Assembly: GCA_963806225.1 (NCBI GenBank)
Contig: CAWDXG010000004.1
Location: 2,208,001 to 2,272,000 of the forward strand
Reading direction: 5' to 3'
Source of the DNA: an uncultured delta proteobacterium
GTDB lineage: Bacteria; Myxococcota_A; Polyangia; Polyangiales; Polyangiaceae
Length of the DNA stretch: 64,000 nt
This document shows positions 22,201 to 31,277 of this stretch, one piece after another. Numbering within the stretch: position 1 is the first letter of the stretch; each line of letters starts with the position of its first letter. The notes beneath the pieces are model-generated. The model had not been told where the DNA came from. It saw only the letters and a list, made by a program, of their open reading frames with translations, and did no database searches. A program made the translations under genes and the position numbers.

Positions 22201-22501
22201 GCCCGAGGTGTTTCATCGCACAGATCGAGCGGGCTCCAGCGAGCGAGGCCGCGAACGCCAGCTCCACGGCGATCTTCTCGTTCACGGCGTACTCGAACAC
22301 CACACCGCGTTCCTTCGCTACGCGCGCGAAGCCGTCGGTGACTTCCGATGAGGGTGTACCCGGGTAGCCCGTCGCGAAACCGACTCCCATTTCGAGCGCG
22401 GCCTGGACGATGGCTTCGTTGCCGAGCAGACACTTCCGCTCTCCCGCTCCGTTTCGGGGAAGCGGGTCGCGGGTCGGGCTCGGGTCCGTGACCCCCGTCA
22501 T
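19226..22501 (-). CDS. iorA: Indolepyruvate oxidoreductase alpha subunit fused with a GltD-like FAD/NAD(P) oxidoreductase module
   Basis: LGNEA, GYPGTPSSE, NEKIAVE, LCPACPHR, DIGCY, GDSTFFH..LDN; then APCATRCP, CRVCDKPCEDVC, GAGPSG, GGGNAA, FAGGD; C-terminal CxxCxxC ferredoxin motifs. One uninterrupted frame. Confidence 0.9.
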   Translation of the reverse strand: MTGVTDPSPTRDPLPRNGAGERKCLLGNEAIVQAALEMGVGFATGYPGTPSSEVTDGFARVAKERGVVFEYAVNEKIAVELAFAASLAGARSICAMKHLGLMVAGDPLSTIPYVGVVGGMVIVSAGDPSCRTSPNEHDQRHLGPMLHIPVLDPATPAEAHAMTRAAFELSEHCRLPVLLRTTTRVAHSSATIECGELTAPRVGGFTRDPAGKVPIPVNARRMRIELEQHVELARTWLAGSGFFRCRGRGSTVVLASGAPAATTADVLAELGLESDVALWSLGIAYPLPEAELVEALRGVERVLVVEELSPYLENALLSLVARHGLGVEILGKLSRHFPEEFEYSPRVIQRGLHGALGLGRDPGPDPKPLALAPRPPSLCPACPHRAAFFAARAAFGDEQLYFNDIGCYTLGYGAPLHTADALLCMGAGFSLAAGVSRVTGQRTVGFMGDSTFFHAGMPALLDAVKENVNMVAVVLDNQVTAMTGFQTAPAPGGMPIIEDVARALGVKHIETIDPYEVAESIAAFKRARHVEGPAVVVVRRTCPVHLARSGAPRPEPTVAIDQTACRSCGREALGLRCRQPLTAGFERNLARVAATRKRREPAPEVAPCATRCPLSLCIQGYAGHIAAGEYAEALGHVLERTVLPSSVCRVCDKPCEDVCVRRDLDEPVAANELKRFVVEWAERERPDLLRPEPAPENGRSVAVVGAGPSGLSAAYDLRQRGYAVTLLDAAERAGGLLTHGIPTYRLPREAAERDIARVLDSGVRFQGGVRLGREVELAKLLEEHDAVYLAIGAGRALTMAIEGGDPDTTTTALEYLRALAGGARPRTAQRVVVVGGGNAAVDAARSALRAGAVQVAIACVEQREAMPALREEIAAAERDAVAIHAGVRPIRAERGALVVEPIAGGEQLRVPADQIILAIGQAPDSDAALAGVELDRTDDGLIAADPVSGKTSHPRVFAGGDIVAGSHTVTGAMGAGLRAAWGIDRALRGVQEASRRAPPPVPGSVPLPGARMRAPVEPRHACASESEARAEARRCLMCGLCGNCRACIDTQGCPALVLAGRHVEIDASLCASCGVCLSACSNGAIVARSPR

Positions 22502-22519
22502 CCCAAAGACCTACCGGAG

Positions 22520-22549
22520 TGTGCGCAAAGCGCACATGACGCTTGTCAC
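22520..22549. promoter_or_regulatory. Tandem palindromes upstream of iorA
   Basis: TGTGCGC-AAA-GCGCACA (22520-22536) followed by ATGAC-GCTT-GTCAC (22536-22549). Confidence 0.45.
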
Positions 22550-22667
22550 GGGAGCCGATTCCGTCATCCATCCGTGCCGCGGCGCGTTATCGGCCTAGCG
22601 ATGGAAAATGCCGACCTGGATCCAGGTGACGGCGCGGAAACCGCCCCGGCGAAAAGTCGCGCGCGCC

Positions 22668-23714
22668 TCAGCGCCGCGCAGCTCGACCGTCGATACGCTC
22701 GCGCACTTTGGAGCGGATGATGTCGCGAACGCCGTCCGAGCGCAGAAAGTCATGGGGGAAACCCAGATCGATGCGACTGACCTCGTCGAGACGAGCCAGA
22801 TGCACGTCGTCGAGCTTCACCACGGAAGCGCCGAGCGTGTCCTTGATCTGCTCGACCTTCCGCGCACCGACGAGTGGAATGCAGAGGTAGTCCTGCGCGG
22901 CGACCCACGCGACGGCGACCTGGGTCGACGTGACGCCGAGCTCGTCGGCGATCGCGTCGACGGTGCGGGCAATGGCGAGGGCCCGCTCGGACGTGCGGCC
23001 GCGGCTCTCGTTGCCCTGCTTGCGGAGCGAGTCGTTCTCGACGTTGCGCGTGTACTTGCCGGTCAGCACGCCGGCACCCAGCGGCCCCCAGGACAGCACG
23101 CTCAGACCGAAGTGCTGCGCCATCGGCACCAGGTCCCGCTCGGGTGCGCGCTGGAGCAGGCTGTACTCGATCTGCAGCCCGACGAACTGCGACCAGCCTC
23201 GAAGCTCCGCCAGCACGTTGGACGCCGACACCACCCACGCCGGCGTGTCGCTGACGCCGATGTAGAGCACCTTGCCGTCGCGAACCAGATCCTCCAGCCC
23301 ACGCATCGTCTCCTCGAACGGCGTGTAGTCGTCCCAGGCGTGCACCCAGTAGAGATCGATGTAATCGGTGCCCAGACGGCGCAGGCTCGCCTCGACGCTG
23401 CGCATCATGCTCTTTCGGTGATTGCCGCCGGAGTTCGGGTCCGTCGGGTCCGCCGCCAGCGTGTACTTGGTGGCGAGCACACTGCGGTCCCGCTTTCCGT
23501 CGAGCCAGCGACCGACGATCTCCTCGGTGTCGCCTCCGTGATAGTGGTTGGCCGTGTCGATGAAGTTGCCGCCGGCCTCGGCGTAGGCATCGAGCACCGC
23601 GTGGCTGGTCGCCTCGTCCGCGCCGAACCCCCAGCGTTCCCCGAAGCTCATCGTTCCCAGGCAGATCTCCGAAACCCGGAGCCCGGAACGTCCCAATAGG
23701 CGATAGCGAAGCAT
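22668..23714 (-). CDS. Aldo/keto reductase
   Basis: LGRSGLRVSEICLGTM, FIDTANHY, LATKY, YIDLYWVH, IGVSD, QIEYSL. Confidence 0.95.
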   Translation of the reverse strand: MLRYRLLGRSGLRVSEICLGTMSFGERWGFGADEATSHAVLDAYAEAGGNFIDTANHYHGGDTEEIVGRWLDGKRDRSVLATKYTLAADPTDPNSGGNHRKSMMRSVEASLRRLGTDYIDLYWVHAWDDYTPFEETMRGLEDLVRDGKVLYIGVSDTPAWVVSASNVLAELRGWSQFVGLQIEYSLLQRAPERDLVPMAQHFGLSVLSWGPLGAGVLTGKYTRNVENDSLRKQGNESRGRTSERALAIARTVDAIADELGVTSTQVAVAWVAAQDYLCIPLVGARKVEQIKDTLGASVVKLDDVHLARLDEVSRIDLGFPHDFLRSDGVRDIIRSKVRERIDGRAARR

Positions 23715-23788
23715 GGTGTCCTCCGAAAATCCCGTGCGAGGACGTCGGTGTGCGTTCGGAGGCGAGCGACGTCAATCCCCCGCGGCGG

Positions 23789-24268
23789 CTAGCGCGCGGT
23801 GCCGAGCTCTTCCTCGCGCTCGGGTTTGAGCTCGATGAACAGGCCTTCAGCCTCGGCAAAGGTCTCTCCGGCGTCGTCGCAGAGGCGACCGCGGGTGTGG
23901 ACCTTGCGCCCGTCCACGTGGTCGATCCACGCCTCCAGCACGGCGTCGGTGCCGAGCGGAAGCATGCGGCGGAAGTGCACGGTAATCGAGGCCGCGACAA
24001 CGCGATGCCCCGAAAGCCAGCCGACTTTTCCAATCGCGTCGTCGAGCACCGCGGCCATGCTGCCGCCGTGGGCGTGCCCGGGCGGTCCCTCGCACCACGG
24101 TCCGAACCACACCTTGCCCGTCAGCGCCCCGTCGCTGTCGCGGCGGAAGTGTGCGACGCGCAACCGGTCGTCGCCTTCCTGTCCGTGCACGAACGAGCGT
24201 CCGGAGCGCGCGGTCATCGGAGTGAGCGGCGTCCAACCGGGTTCCGGGCGTACGGGCGGAGCGGACAT
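23789..24268 (-). CDS. PaaI/hotdog-fold thioesterase
   Basis: EGPPGHAHGGSMAAVLDD, DGRKVH, EAEGLFI. ATG 24268. Confidence 0.88.
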   Translation of the reverse strand: MSAPPVRPEPGWTPLTPMTARSGRSFVHGQEGDDRLRVAHFRRDSDGALTGKVWFGPWCEGPPGHAHGGSMAAVLDDAIGKVGWLSGHRVVAASITVHFRRMLPLGTDAVLEAWIDHVDGRKVHTRGRLCDDAGETFAEAEGLFIELKPEREEELGTAR

Positions 24269-24336
24269 GGCCGCGACAATAGCACTCTTGCACAGCCCCG
24301 CAGACGGCGCGCCCGGTTTCCGGCTACGCTGGTTCT

Positions 24337-24879
24337 GTGGCAAACCCGTCCGGGCTTCTGGTGTGCGCGCTGCTTGTCGGCTGTGCCGGCGCACCGCGCG
24401 CTGGCGAACCCGCGCAGGCCGCGGTGGTGTCCATCGCGCCGCCCGACGCCGGCGAGGCCTCGGTGGTTCCAGACGGTGGCGGCGTCGACACGCAAGTCGT
24501 AGCAACGTCTTCACCACCACCGCCGCGCACACCGGACGCTTCGGTGACCACGCCGGACGCTACAGCGGTTGTCGCCGACGCTGGGGCGTCCCACGCCGTG
24601 GGACCGGGCGGATGCATGCGGACGCGCAAGACATTCCGGTACCGATGCAGCGGCATGCCACCCCGTCCCGGCGAGCCGAATTCCTATCCCGCCACGGCGT
24701 GCGACCGCTGCATCACCGATGCCGACTGCAAAGCCAAGCCCGGCGGTCGCTGCCTGCGGCGCGGCGGCCCCTGCAGGGGTCCGTCGCACTTCGAGTGTCG
24801 CTACCCGAGCGCGAAGTGCGGTGGCCGGATCTGTCCCGAGCGCGCTCAGCCCATGCCCCCGAGCATGCCGCGACGCTGA
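24337..24879 (+). CDS. Hypothetical lipoprotein with a Cys-rich C-terminal domain
   Basis: LLVGC lipobox, Pro/Ala/DAG linker, CxxDxDC and further Cys. Confidence 0.6.
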   Translation: MANPSGLLVCALLVGCAGAPRAGEPAQAAVVSIAPPDAGEASVVPDGGGVDTQVVATSSPPPPRTPDASVTTPDATAVVADAGASHAVGPGGCMRTRKTFRYRCSGMPPRPGEPNSYPATACDRCITDADCKAKPGGRCLRRGGPCRGPSHFECRYPSAKCGGRICPERAQPMPPSMPRR

Positions 24880-24895
24880 CGGGCGACGGCTCGCG

Positions 24896-25621
24896 CTACC
24901 AGCCCTTGACGACGGCGGGAGAAAACGGCGGGCTCTTGCCGAGGCATTTGCCGTCGTGCTCGCGATCGAGCGGAGTCATCGGCCACAGCCCGGACACGAC
25001 CACGGGCCACTTGCGTGGAACGGTCATCCTGTAGCCACCCGCCGTCGGTACGAACCGGATGGAGATCTCCGCGACACCCCAGGATGGCGGATCCGGCGGG
25101 CATGCGCCGTTTGCGCACATGCGTGAGCTCACGTCCTCGCTCGAAATGCCGTAGCGGATACGCACCCAGCGCACGCCGCGGCCGGACGTGGACCGGACGC
25201 CGAGCAGCGACGCGGTCGTCATTGCACCAGGGCCGTCGATGCAGCCCGACGACCTGGAGGCGTGGGCGCCGACGGCCGCGAGCAGCCGATTGAGCTCCGC
25301 GCGGAGCGGCGCGGGACAGGCGACGCGAGGCGGTGAGCCCGACCAGGACGGAGCTCCATGCTCGTAGCTCCGCACCACGAGCGGCGCGGCCGGGCCGGGA
25401 GCGGCCAGCGGGATGCCGCCGTCCGCCGCGGATGGCAGCGGCGCAGGCCGTACAGGCGGCTCCGCGCTCGCCACAGGTGCGGGCGGCGCGCTCGCTGCGG
25501 GTAGCGCCGTGGCGGAGGCAGGTGACGGCGCCGAGGTTGCTGCCGGCGGTGCAGAAACCGACGACACCGGCGTGGGCGCGCAGCCGGCAGCCAGGACCGT
25601 CAGGAAAAGCCAACGCCTCAC
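24896..25621 (-). CDS. Hypothetical lipoprotein
   Basis: GTG 25621 gives VRRWLFLTVLAAGC, then a Pro/Ala/Ser linker and a Cys-containing domain. Confidence 0.55.
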   Translation of the reverse strand: MRRWLFLTVLAAGCAPTPVSSVSAPPAATSAPSPASATALPAASAPPAPVASAEPPVRPAPLPSAADGGIPLAAPGPAAPLVVRSYEHGAPSWSGSPPRVACPAPLRAELNRLLAAVGAHASRSSGCIDGPGAMTTASLLGVRSTSGRGVRWVRIRYGISSEDVSSRMCANGACPPDPPSWGVAEISIRFVPTAGGYRMTVPRKWPVVVSGLWPMTPLDREHDGKCLGKSPPFSPAVVKGW

Positions 25622-25752
25622 GCGTAGAGACCCAGAGAAAGTACCAGCGACGTGCACGCCACGATCGCGCCCGACCTCCACGTTCCCATGCGACGATGGT
25701 ACGCGAATGGCCGCTTCCTGTCCTGCCCGACGGTTGGGCGTTCGGAGTTCCG

Positions 25753-26973
25753 TCACGATCGTGAATACTGATCGCGGTGGACCGGTGCCGGCGCGACGGC
25801 GGGACGACGACGCGGCAGCGGCGCGGGCACGCCAACCAACTCGCGGAGCAGCGTGGAAAGGCGCGTTGCTGCGACCAGCGCAGTGCGTTCCCGGACGCGT
25901 TGCCGGGCGCGCCAGGCCAGGCGACGACGAAGCTCCGACTCCGCCAGGAGCCGGAGCACGGCCCGCGTCATCCCGGTGACGTTGCCGAGTGGAAAGACGA
26001 GTCCGGTTTCGCCATGCTCCACCAGCTCGAGTACGGGCGGAATACCTGCCGCGACCACGGGCTTGCTGGACGTCATCGCTTCCAGCAGGAAGTTCGAGCA
26101 GCCCTCCGATTGCGACGGCAGCACGAGCACGTCGCACGCTGCGTAGAAGGACGGCATATCGGACACGAACCCGAGGAACTCGAGATTCGTCGCGCCCGAG
26201 TCGCGCGCCATCCGCTCGTACTCCGCGCGTCGGTCGCCCTCTCCGGCTATCAGCACGCGCGCGTCGGGTAGAAGAATCGAGAGCCGCCGTGCAAGCTCGA
26301 TCACCTCTTCCGGATGCTTCTTCGGAGCCAGGCGCCCCGCGTAGCCGACGACGAAGCGGGCGCCACGCGGGCGGAAGCGCGATGCATCCCCCGCCCGCTC
26401 GTTGAACACCGAGGTATCGACGCCGTTCGGCACGATCGCTACCGGCGCTGGCACGAGCGGCTGGAACGTCCGACGCACCGCCTCGCCGTTGCAGAGCAGG
26501 AGGTCGGGCCGCATGAAACGCGTCACGCCCCACAGACTGCTCCTCTCCAGCGCGTTGATCCGCGCTCCGCCCGCCCGCCACACGATGGGAATGCCGGCGC
26601 TCCTGGCCACGAGCGTGCCGGTAATCCAGGAGAACGGCAGTGACGCCACGACGACGTCGAAGTGATTGCCGCGCACGACACGGGCGACCTCGGCGCGCGA
26701 CCGGAACCCGCACTGGACGTACCGGAACGGCACGCTCAGCCGCGCGAGCCCTCGCTGCCGCGGCCAGCCACCCGGGAAGTTCGGGGAGTGGATGAACTCC
26801 GCGAACGGCGCCTGCCGCATCCAGTCGGCGATGACCTGACCGGGCCCGCCGATCATGACCACGTCCACACCGAGCTCGGGCAGGAACAATGCTTGCTCTG
26901 CTGCTTGTCGTTCCGCACCGCCGAAGAGCGGAGCGGGCTGCAGATAGAGGGCGCGAATGCGGGAAGAGGTCAT
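25753..26973 (-). CDS. GT4 family glycosyltransferase
   Basis: FGGAERQ, VPNGVD, GRLAPKK, PSQSEGCSNFLLEAM. Confidence 0.92.
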   Translation of the reverse strand: MTSSRIRALYLQPAPLFGGAERQAAEQALFLPELGVDVVMIGGPGQVIADWMRQAPFAEFIHSPNFPGGWPRQRGLARLSVPFRYVQCGFRSRAEVARVVRGNHFDVVVASLPFSWITGTLVARSAGIPIVWRAGGARINALERSSLWGVTRFMRPDLLLCNGEAVRRTFQPLVPAPVAIVPNGVDTSVFNERAGDASRFRPRGARFVVGYAGRLAPKKHPEEVIELARRLSILLPDARVLIAGEGDRRAEYERMARDSGATNLEFLGFVSDMPSFYAACDVLVLPSQSEGCSNFLLEAMTSSKPVVAAGIPPVLELVEHGETGLVFPLGNVTGMTRAVLRLLAESELRRRLAWRARQRVRERTALVAATRLSTLLRELVGVPAPLPRRRPAVAPAPVHRDQYSRS

Positions 26974-27973
26974 GCACAGCACCGAAGGCACGCCGCGTGC
27001 CCGCAGCAGGCGGCGGCTCCCGCCGATCCGGCTGGTGCTGTTCGCCCTCGGAATCATTCTGGTCCTGTGGTTTGTGCGGCGCGTCGGATACCACTCCGTG
27101 GCCACGCAACTCATGCGCGTTGGGCCCTGGGCGCTGCTGCTGCTCGTTCCCTACGGCATCGGCACCGCAGTCGGCGCCCTGCCGTGGGGCCGACTGCTGT
27201 CGCGACAGGTTCGTCCGCGATTCGGCGGGCTGGTCCTCAGCCGCTTTGCCGCTTCGAGTGCGAACGCTCTGCTGCCGCTGTTCGGTGTCGCCGGCGAGCC
27301 TTCCCGGCTGCTGTGGCTGCCCGCCCGCGCGCGCGCACAGGGGCTCGCAGCCATCGTCGTCGACCGCCTGCTCTACAACGCCTCGAACGGCGTGGTTCTT
27401 CTCGGAGGCGCCGCGACCGCCGCCTATGCGACGCGACTTCCCGATACCTGGGTCATGATGGCGGTCGGCATGTCCGCTGTGATGCTCGCGGTCAGCGGCG
27501 GCCTCGTGTGGATGGTCACGCGCGCCGGCATCGGCCGCCGGATCCACTCGCTGCTCGGCAAGCTGTTCCGTGGCCTCTACGCAAGAGAGGATTTCGGACG
27601 CGCGGTGGACAGCAGTCTGCTCGAGCTCTTGAGAGGTCCGCGCGCGCGCCTGTTTTCCAGCCTGGGTCTGCACGTCGCGGGCCGTTCCCTGCTCGCACTG
27701 GAAGTGTTCCTCGGCCTCGCGCTTCTCGGAACCGAGGTCTCGATAGCCCAGGGGATCGTGCTGGCCGTGGTGCCGATCGCCCTTTCGGTATTCTTTTCAT
27801 CGGTCCCGAGCCAAATCGGTATCCAGGAAGGTGCGCAGACACTGGTCGCCTCGGCGCTCGGGCTCGATCCGGCGGCAGTTCTCGCGCTGGTTCTGCTGCA
27901 GCGGTTCCGCCAGCTCGTGTACGCGAGTCTGATGCCGTTCATTCTTGGCAGCGCGCGCGCGAAGAGTACGTGA
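26957..27973 (+). CDS. Lysylphosphatidylglycerol-synthase TM-domain (flippase-like) membrane protein; start 26957 or 26972
   Basis: Several hydrophobic segments; NALLP..GEPSR, VVDRL and PSQIGIQEG motifs. Confidence 0.75.
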   Translation: MREEVMHSTEGTPRARSRRRLPPIRLVLFALGIILVLWFVRRVGYHSVATQLMRVGPWALLLLVPYGIGTAVGALPWGRLLSRQVRPRFGGLVLSRFAASSANALLPLFGVAGEPSRLLWLPARARAQGLAAIVVDRLLYNASNGVVLLGGAATAAYATRLPDTWVMMAVGMSAVMLAVSGGLVWMVTRAGIGRRIHSLLGKLFRGLYAREDFGRAVDSSLLELLRGPRARLFSSLGLHVAGRSLLALEVFLGLALLGTEVSIAQGIVLAVVPIALSVFFSSVPSQIGIQEGAQTLVASALGLDPAAVLALVLLQRFRQLVYASLMPFILGSARAKST

Positions 27974-28075
27974 CGCCACGGAGCGCAGCGGCTGCAGGCG
28001 ATACCGCAACGCGGCGCAGAGCGTGCACACAGGCGAACTTGCAGGCTGCAAAATCAATGTCATCATGCCGAGTCC

Positions 28076-29218
28076 TTGCAGACGACGCCGCGCCCCCCCG
28101 CGTTGCTGCTGCTGCGGGCAACCGCCCTCGCTGCAGCCCTGCCCATCCTGCTCGAGGCCCTGCCCTCGCGAGCCGCCGCTCGCGGCACGCTCGAGTCCGA
28201 GGCACAGGCGCTGGAGCTGCGCTGGGCTCCGACCTACGCACAGGCGGTGTCACGCGCGCACCCCGAGCGGGATCGGCCGCTGCCCATCGACTTCGACGGC
28301 GACTGGGACGCCACGAACAACTGGCGGCACCTCACCCCGGCCATGCGATCGCGCACGCCGGCCGTCTACGCTGCGGCCATCCTCACGAAGACACACGCCT
28401 ACCTCACCTACACGCTCTTCTATCCGCGCGACTGGATCAGTCCAATTTGCGTCCAGCTCGTCTGCCACGACAACGATCTCGAAAACGTGCTGTTCGTGGC
28501 AGAACGCCCCTCGCCGTCCCATCCCGACGGCAAGCTCGTGCTGGTCGAGACCAAGGCGCACAACAGCTATCCGTCGCTCGCTGCGAAGGACCTGGCGTTC
28601 GATTCCGGCGGCCATCCGCTACTCCGCGTGGAATCGCAAGGCCACGGGATCTACCCCGTCAAGGCCGGAGAACGGCTGGACGGCGCGGCACGCATGCTCT
28701 TCGTCGCAACCGGCGACAACGACCGTGGGGCAGAGCGCTACACCCTGCTGCAGCTCCACGACACACTCTGGGCCCACCGGCTGTCCGGCGCCGGCGGCGG
28801 CAAGCTCTGGAGCGCGGGCGAGAGCGGCTTTCTGGGATACCGCGGTGCACGCTGGGGGCGCCGCGGCGGCGTGCTCGGCGACTGGATGGCCCAGTCGCAA
28901 TATCGAGGAGGAGTGCGCCCACCCTGGGGACTGAAGGCCGCTCCGGGCGCGCGCGGTGACTGGTTTTTCGATCCCGCTCTTGTCGAGACGACGCGCCATC
29001 CACAGGCCCTGAACGCAGACGGTCCGGCCAGCCAGGACTACGTCTTCAATCCCTATCTGGACGACCTCACCGCCAGCTGCAGCGGGGCTGCCTGCCCTGC
29101 TCCGCCCACGGCGCCCGTGGGGAGCATGTGGCTGTTCGGTACTCTCGGCGCGGCGTTCGTCGGGGTCGGACTGGTGTCGTCGCGGTTGCGACGCCGCGGT
29201 TCCAGAACGCCACAGTAG
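28076..29218 (+). CDS. Hypothetical secreted, C-terminally anchored protein
   Basis: Hydrophobic N-terminus; DFDGDWD, YTLFYPRDW..HDNDLE; C-terminal TM helix followed by RLRRR. Confidence 0.7.
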   Translation: MQTTPRPPALLLLRATALAAALPILLEALPSRAAARGTLESEAQALELRWAPTYAQAVSRAHPERDRPLPIDFDGDWDATNNWRHLTPAMRSRTPAVYAAAILTKTHAYLTYTLFYPRDWISPICVQLVCHDNDLENVLFVAERPSPSHPDGKLVLVETKAHNSYPSLAAKDLAFDSGGHPLLRVESQGHGIYPVKAGERLDGAARMLFVATGDNDRGAERYTLLQLHDTLWAHRLSGAGGGKLWSAGESGFLGYRGARWGRRGGVLGDWMAQSQYRGGVRPPWGLKAAPGARGDWFFDPALVETTRHPQALNADGPASQDYVFNPYLDDLTASCSGAACPAPPTAPVGSMWLFGTLGAAFVGVGLVSSRLRRRGSRTPQ

Positions 29219-29337
29219 CGAGCGCGCGGCGCGCAGCCGCTGCACGGCGCCACGTGCCGCGACGCACCGGGTGCGGCCCGAGCGGGTTGCCCGCTCGCAG
29301 CCGTCGGGCACGGCGTTTGCTGCTCCACAGATCTGCG

Positions 29338-30561
29338 ATGCAGACGGCGAGCAGCCCCTACGAGCTCGTAGTGCCTCCGGAAATCCGCCGCCGGGCGCGG
29401 CTCCGGTGGCGCATCTGGGGTGGCGTTGCGCTGGTGGTCGCCGTCGCCGCGATCGTATTGGCCGCGACGCGGCCGTGGCGCACGCCGGCACCTGCGTTCC
29501 GCACCGCACTGCTGGAAACACGGAACATCACCCAACTCGTCGAAGCCACGGGACATCTCAACGTCACCCGTCGCACCGACGTGCCCGCTCCCGCTCCGGG
29601 CGCCCTGGTGGAATCCCTCGTGCGGCAGGGCCAGATGGTGGAGCAGGGAAAGCCCCTGGCTCGCCTCGACGAGCGCGCCGCGGAGATCGCATTGCGCTCC
29701 GCGCGCGCCGCTCTCGAGTCGGCCACAAGCCACTTGTCGCAGGCGCGCGCCCAGCAGAAGAGTGCGGAGGACGTCCTCGCCCGCACGCTCCGGCTCTCGG
29801 CACGCGGCCTCGCCAGCGACAGCGAGGTGGTCGCCGCGCGGCTGTCGGCCGCCAAGGCGCGCGCCGGTCTTGCCGGAGCCCGCGCAGAACGCAGCGTCGC
29901 GGTCGAGAACCTCGCGCAGGCCAGGCTGGCCCGGAAGCTGCGAACATTGTCGGCACCCGTCGCGGGGCTCGTGCTCGCCGCTCCGGACACGTTGGGGGCG
30001 ATGGTCGCGCCCGAGCAGGGTCCGCTGTTCGTCATCGGCAGCCCACTCGATTCACTGCGCATCGAAGCGTGGGTCGCCGAGGCGGACATCGGGCAGGTCG
30101 GGGTCGGCCAGAAGGCGAGCTTCACGGTGCCCGCGTTTCCGGAACTTCGCTTCCAGGCCGAGGTGCAAAGCCTCGGCGTCGATGCAAACCAACACGGCAA
30201 CAACGTGCGCTATCTCGTGACGCTCCACGCGAAGAATCCCGACAAGCGACTGCTGCCCGGGATGACCGCAACGCTACGCATCGAGGTGGCTCACGCCCAC
30301 CACGTGCTCGCCGTGCGCGAAGCGGCATTGCGCTTCAATCCCGACGGCTCCTCCGCCGACAGGTCCCGCATCTGGCGCCTGGCGGGCGACGGAAGCCCGG
30401 AGCCGGTGCGGGTCGTCGCAGAAACAAGCGACGGCGCGTACACGGAAGTGCGTGCCGCGCGCGGCAATACGCTCGACCCCGGCGACAGGATCATCATCGG
30501 GCGTGCGCTGCCCGCCGGCAATGGCGACCGCGGGCCGGGCATCTCGCTGGGAGGGCGCTGA
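29338..30561 (+). CDS. MacA-like periplasmic adaptor
   Basis: N-terminal TM, GQMVEQGKPLARLD, coiled hairpin, EADIGQV, LLPGMTA. Confidence 0.9.
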   Translation: MQTASSPYELVVPPEIRRRARLRWRIWGGVALVVAVAAIVLAATRPWRTPAPAFRTALLETRNITQLVEATGHLNVTRRTDVPAPAPGALVESLVRQGQMVEQGKPLARLDERAAEIALRSARAALESATSHLSQARAQQKSAEDVLARTLRLSARGLASDSEVVAARLSAAKARAGLAGARAERSVAVENLAQARLARKLRTLSAPVAGLVLAAPDTLGAMVAPEQGPLFVIGSPLDSLRIEAWVAEADIGQVGVGQKASFTVPAFPELRFQAEVQSLGVDANQHGNNVRYLVTLHAKNPDKRLLPGMTATLRIEVAHAHHVLAVREAALRFNPDGSSADRSRIWRLAGDGSPEPVRVVAETSDGAYTEVRAARGNTLDPGDRIIIGRALPAGNGDRGPGISLGGR

Positions 30562-31277
30562 TGCGCGCGCCGACCGCTCCGATCCTCGACGTGCGGGGCG
30601 TCGAGAAGCGCTACGGCACGGGCGAGGCGGCGGTGTTCGCACTGCGCGGCATCGACTTCGCCGTCCAGCCCGGCGAGATGGTGGCCCTGCGCGGGCCATC
30701 GGGCTCCGGCAAGTCGACGCTCCTCAATATCCTCGGCTGCCTCGATCGACCTACTGCCGGAAGCTACACGCTCGGCGGCTCGGACGTGTCCCAGCTCGAC
30801 CGGACCGAGCAGGCCTGGGTGCGCCTGCATTACCTGGGGTTCGTCTTCCAGTCGTTCCACCTGCTCGCGCGCATGACAGCACTTGAAAATGCGATGCTGC
30901 CGCTGCGCTACGCCGGCTTCGCGCCCGCCGCCCAGAAAGAGACGGCCCGCGAGCTGCTCTCCCGCGTGGGGCTCTCCAGGCGCGGCGATCACTTTCCGGC
31001 ACAGCTGTCGGGTGGCGAGCGCCAGCGCGTGGCGATCGCCCGGTCGATCGCCTGCCATCCCCGCGTTCTGCTCGCAGACGAACCAACCGGCGCGCTGGAC
31101 ACCCGCACCGGCGCAGCAATCCTCGCGCTGCTCGCGGAGCTCCAGGCAGACACCGGCCTCACCGTGCTGATGGTCACCCACGATCCGGAAGTCGCGAGCT
31201 TCGCGCACCGGCAGATCCATCTGCTCGATGGCAGCATCGTGCAGTCGAGCGAGGTCCACGATGGTGGCGCTGGCTGA
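30561..31277 (+). CDS. ABC transporter ATP-binding protein (MacB/LolD type)
   Basis: GPSGSGKST, LSGGERQRVAIAR, LADEPTGALD, VTHD. Confidence 0.96.
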   Translation: MRAPTAPILDVRGVEKRYGTGEAAVFALRGIDFAVQPGEMVALRGPSGSGKSTLLNILGCLDRPTAGSYTLGGSDVSQLDRTEQAWVRLHYLGFVFQSFHLLARMTALENAMLPLRYAGFAPAAQKETARELLSRVGLSRRGDHFPAQLSGGERQRVAIARSIACHPRVLLADEPTGALDTRTGAAILALLAELQADTGLTVLMVTHDPEVASFAHRQIHLLDGSIVQSSEVHDGGAG

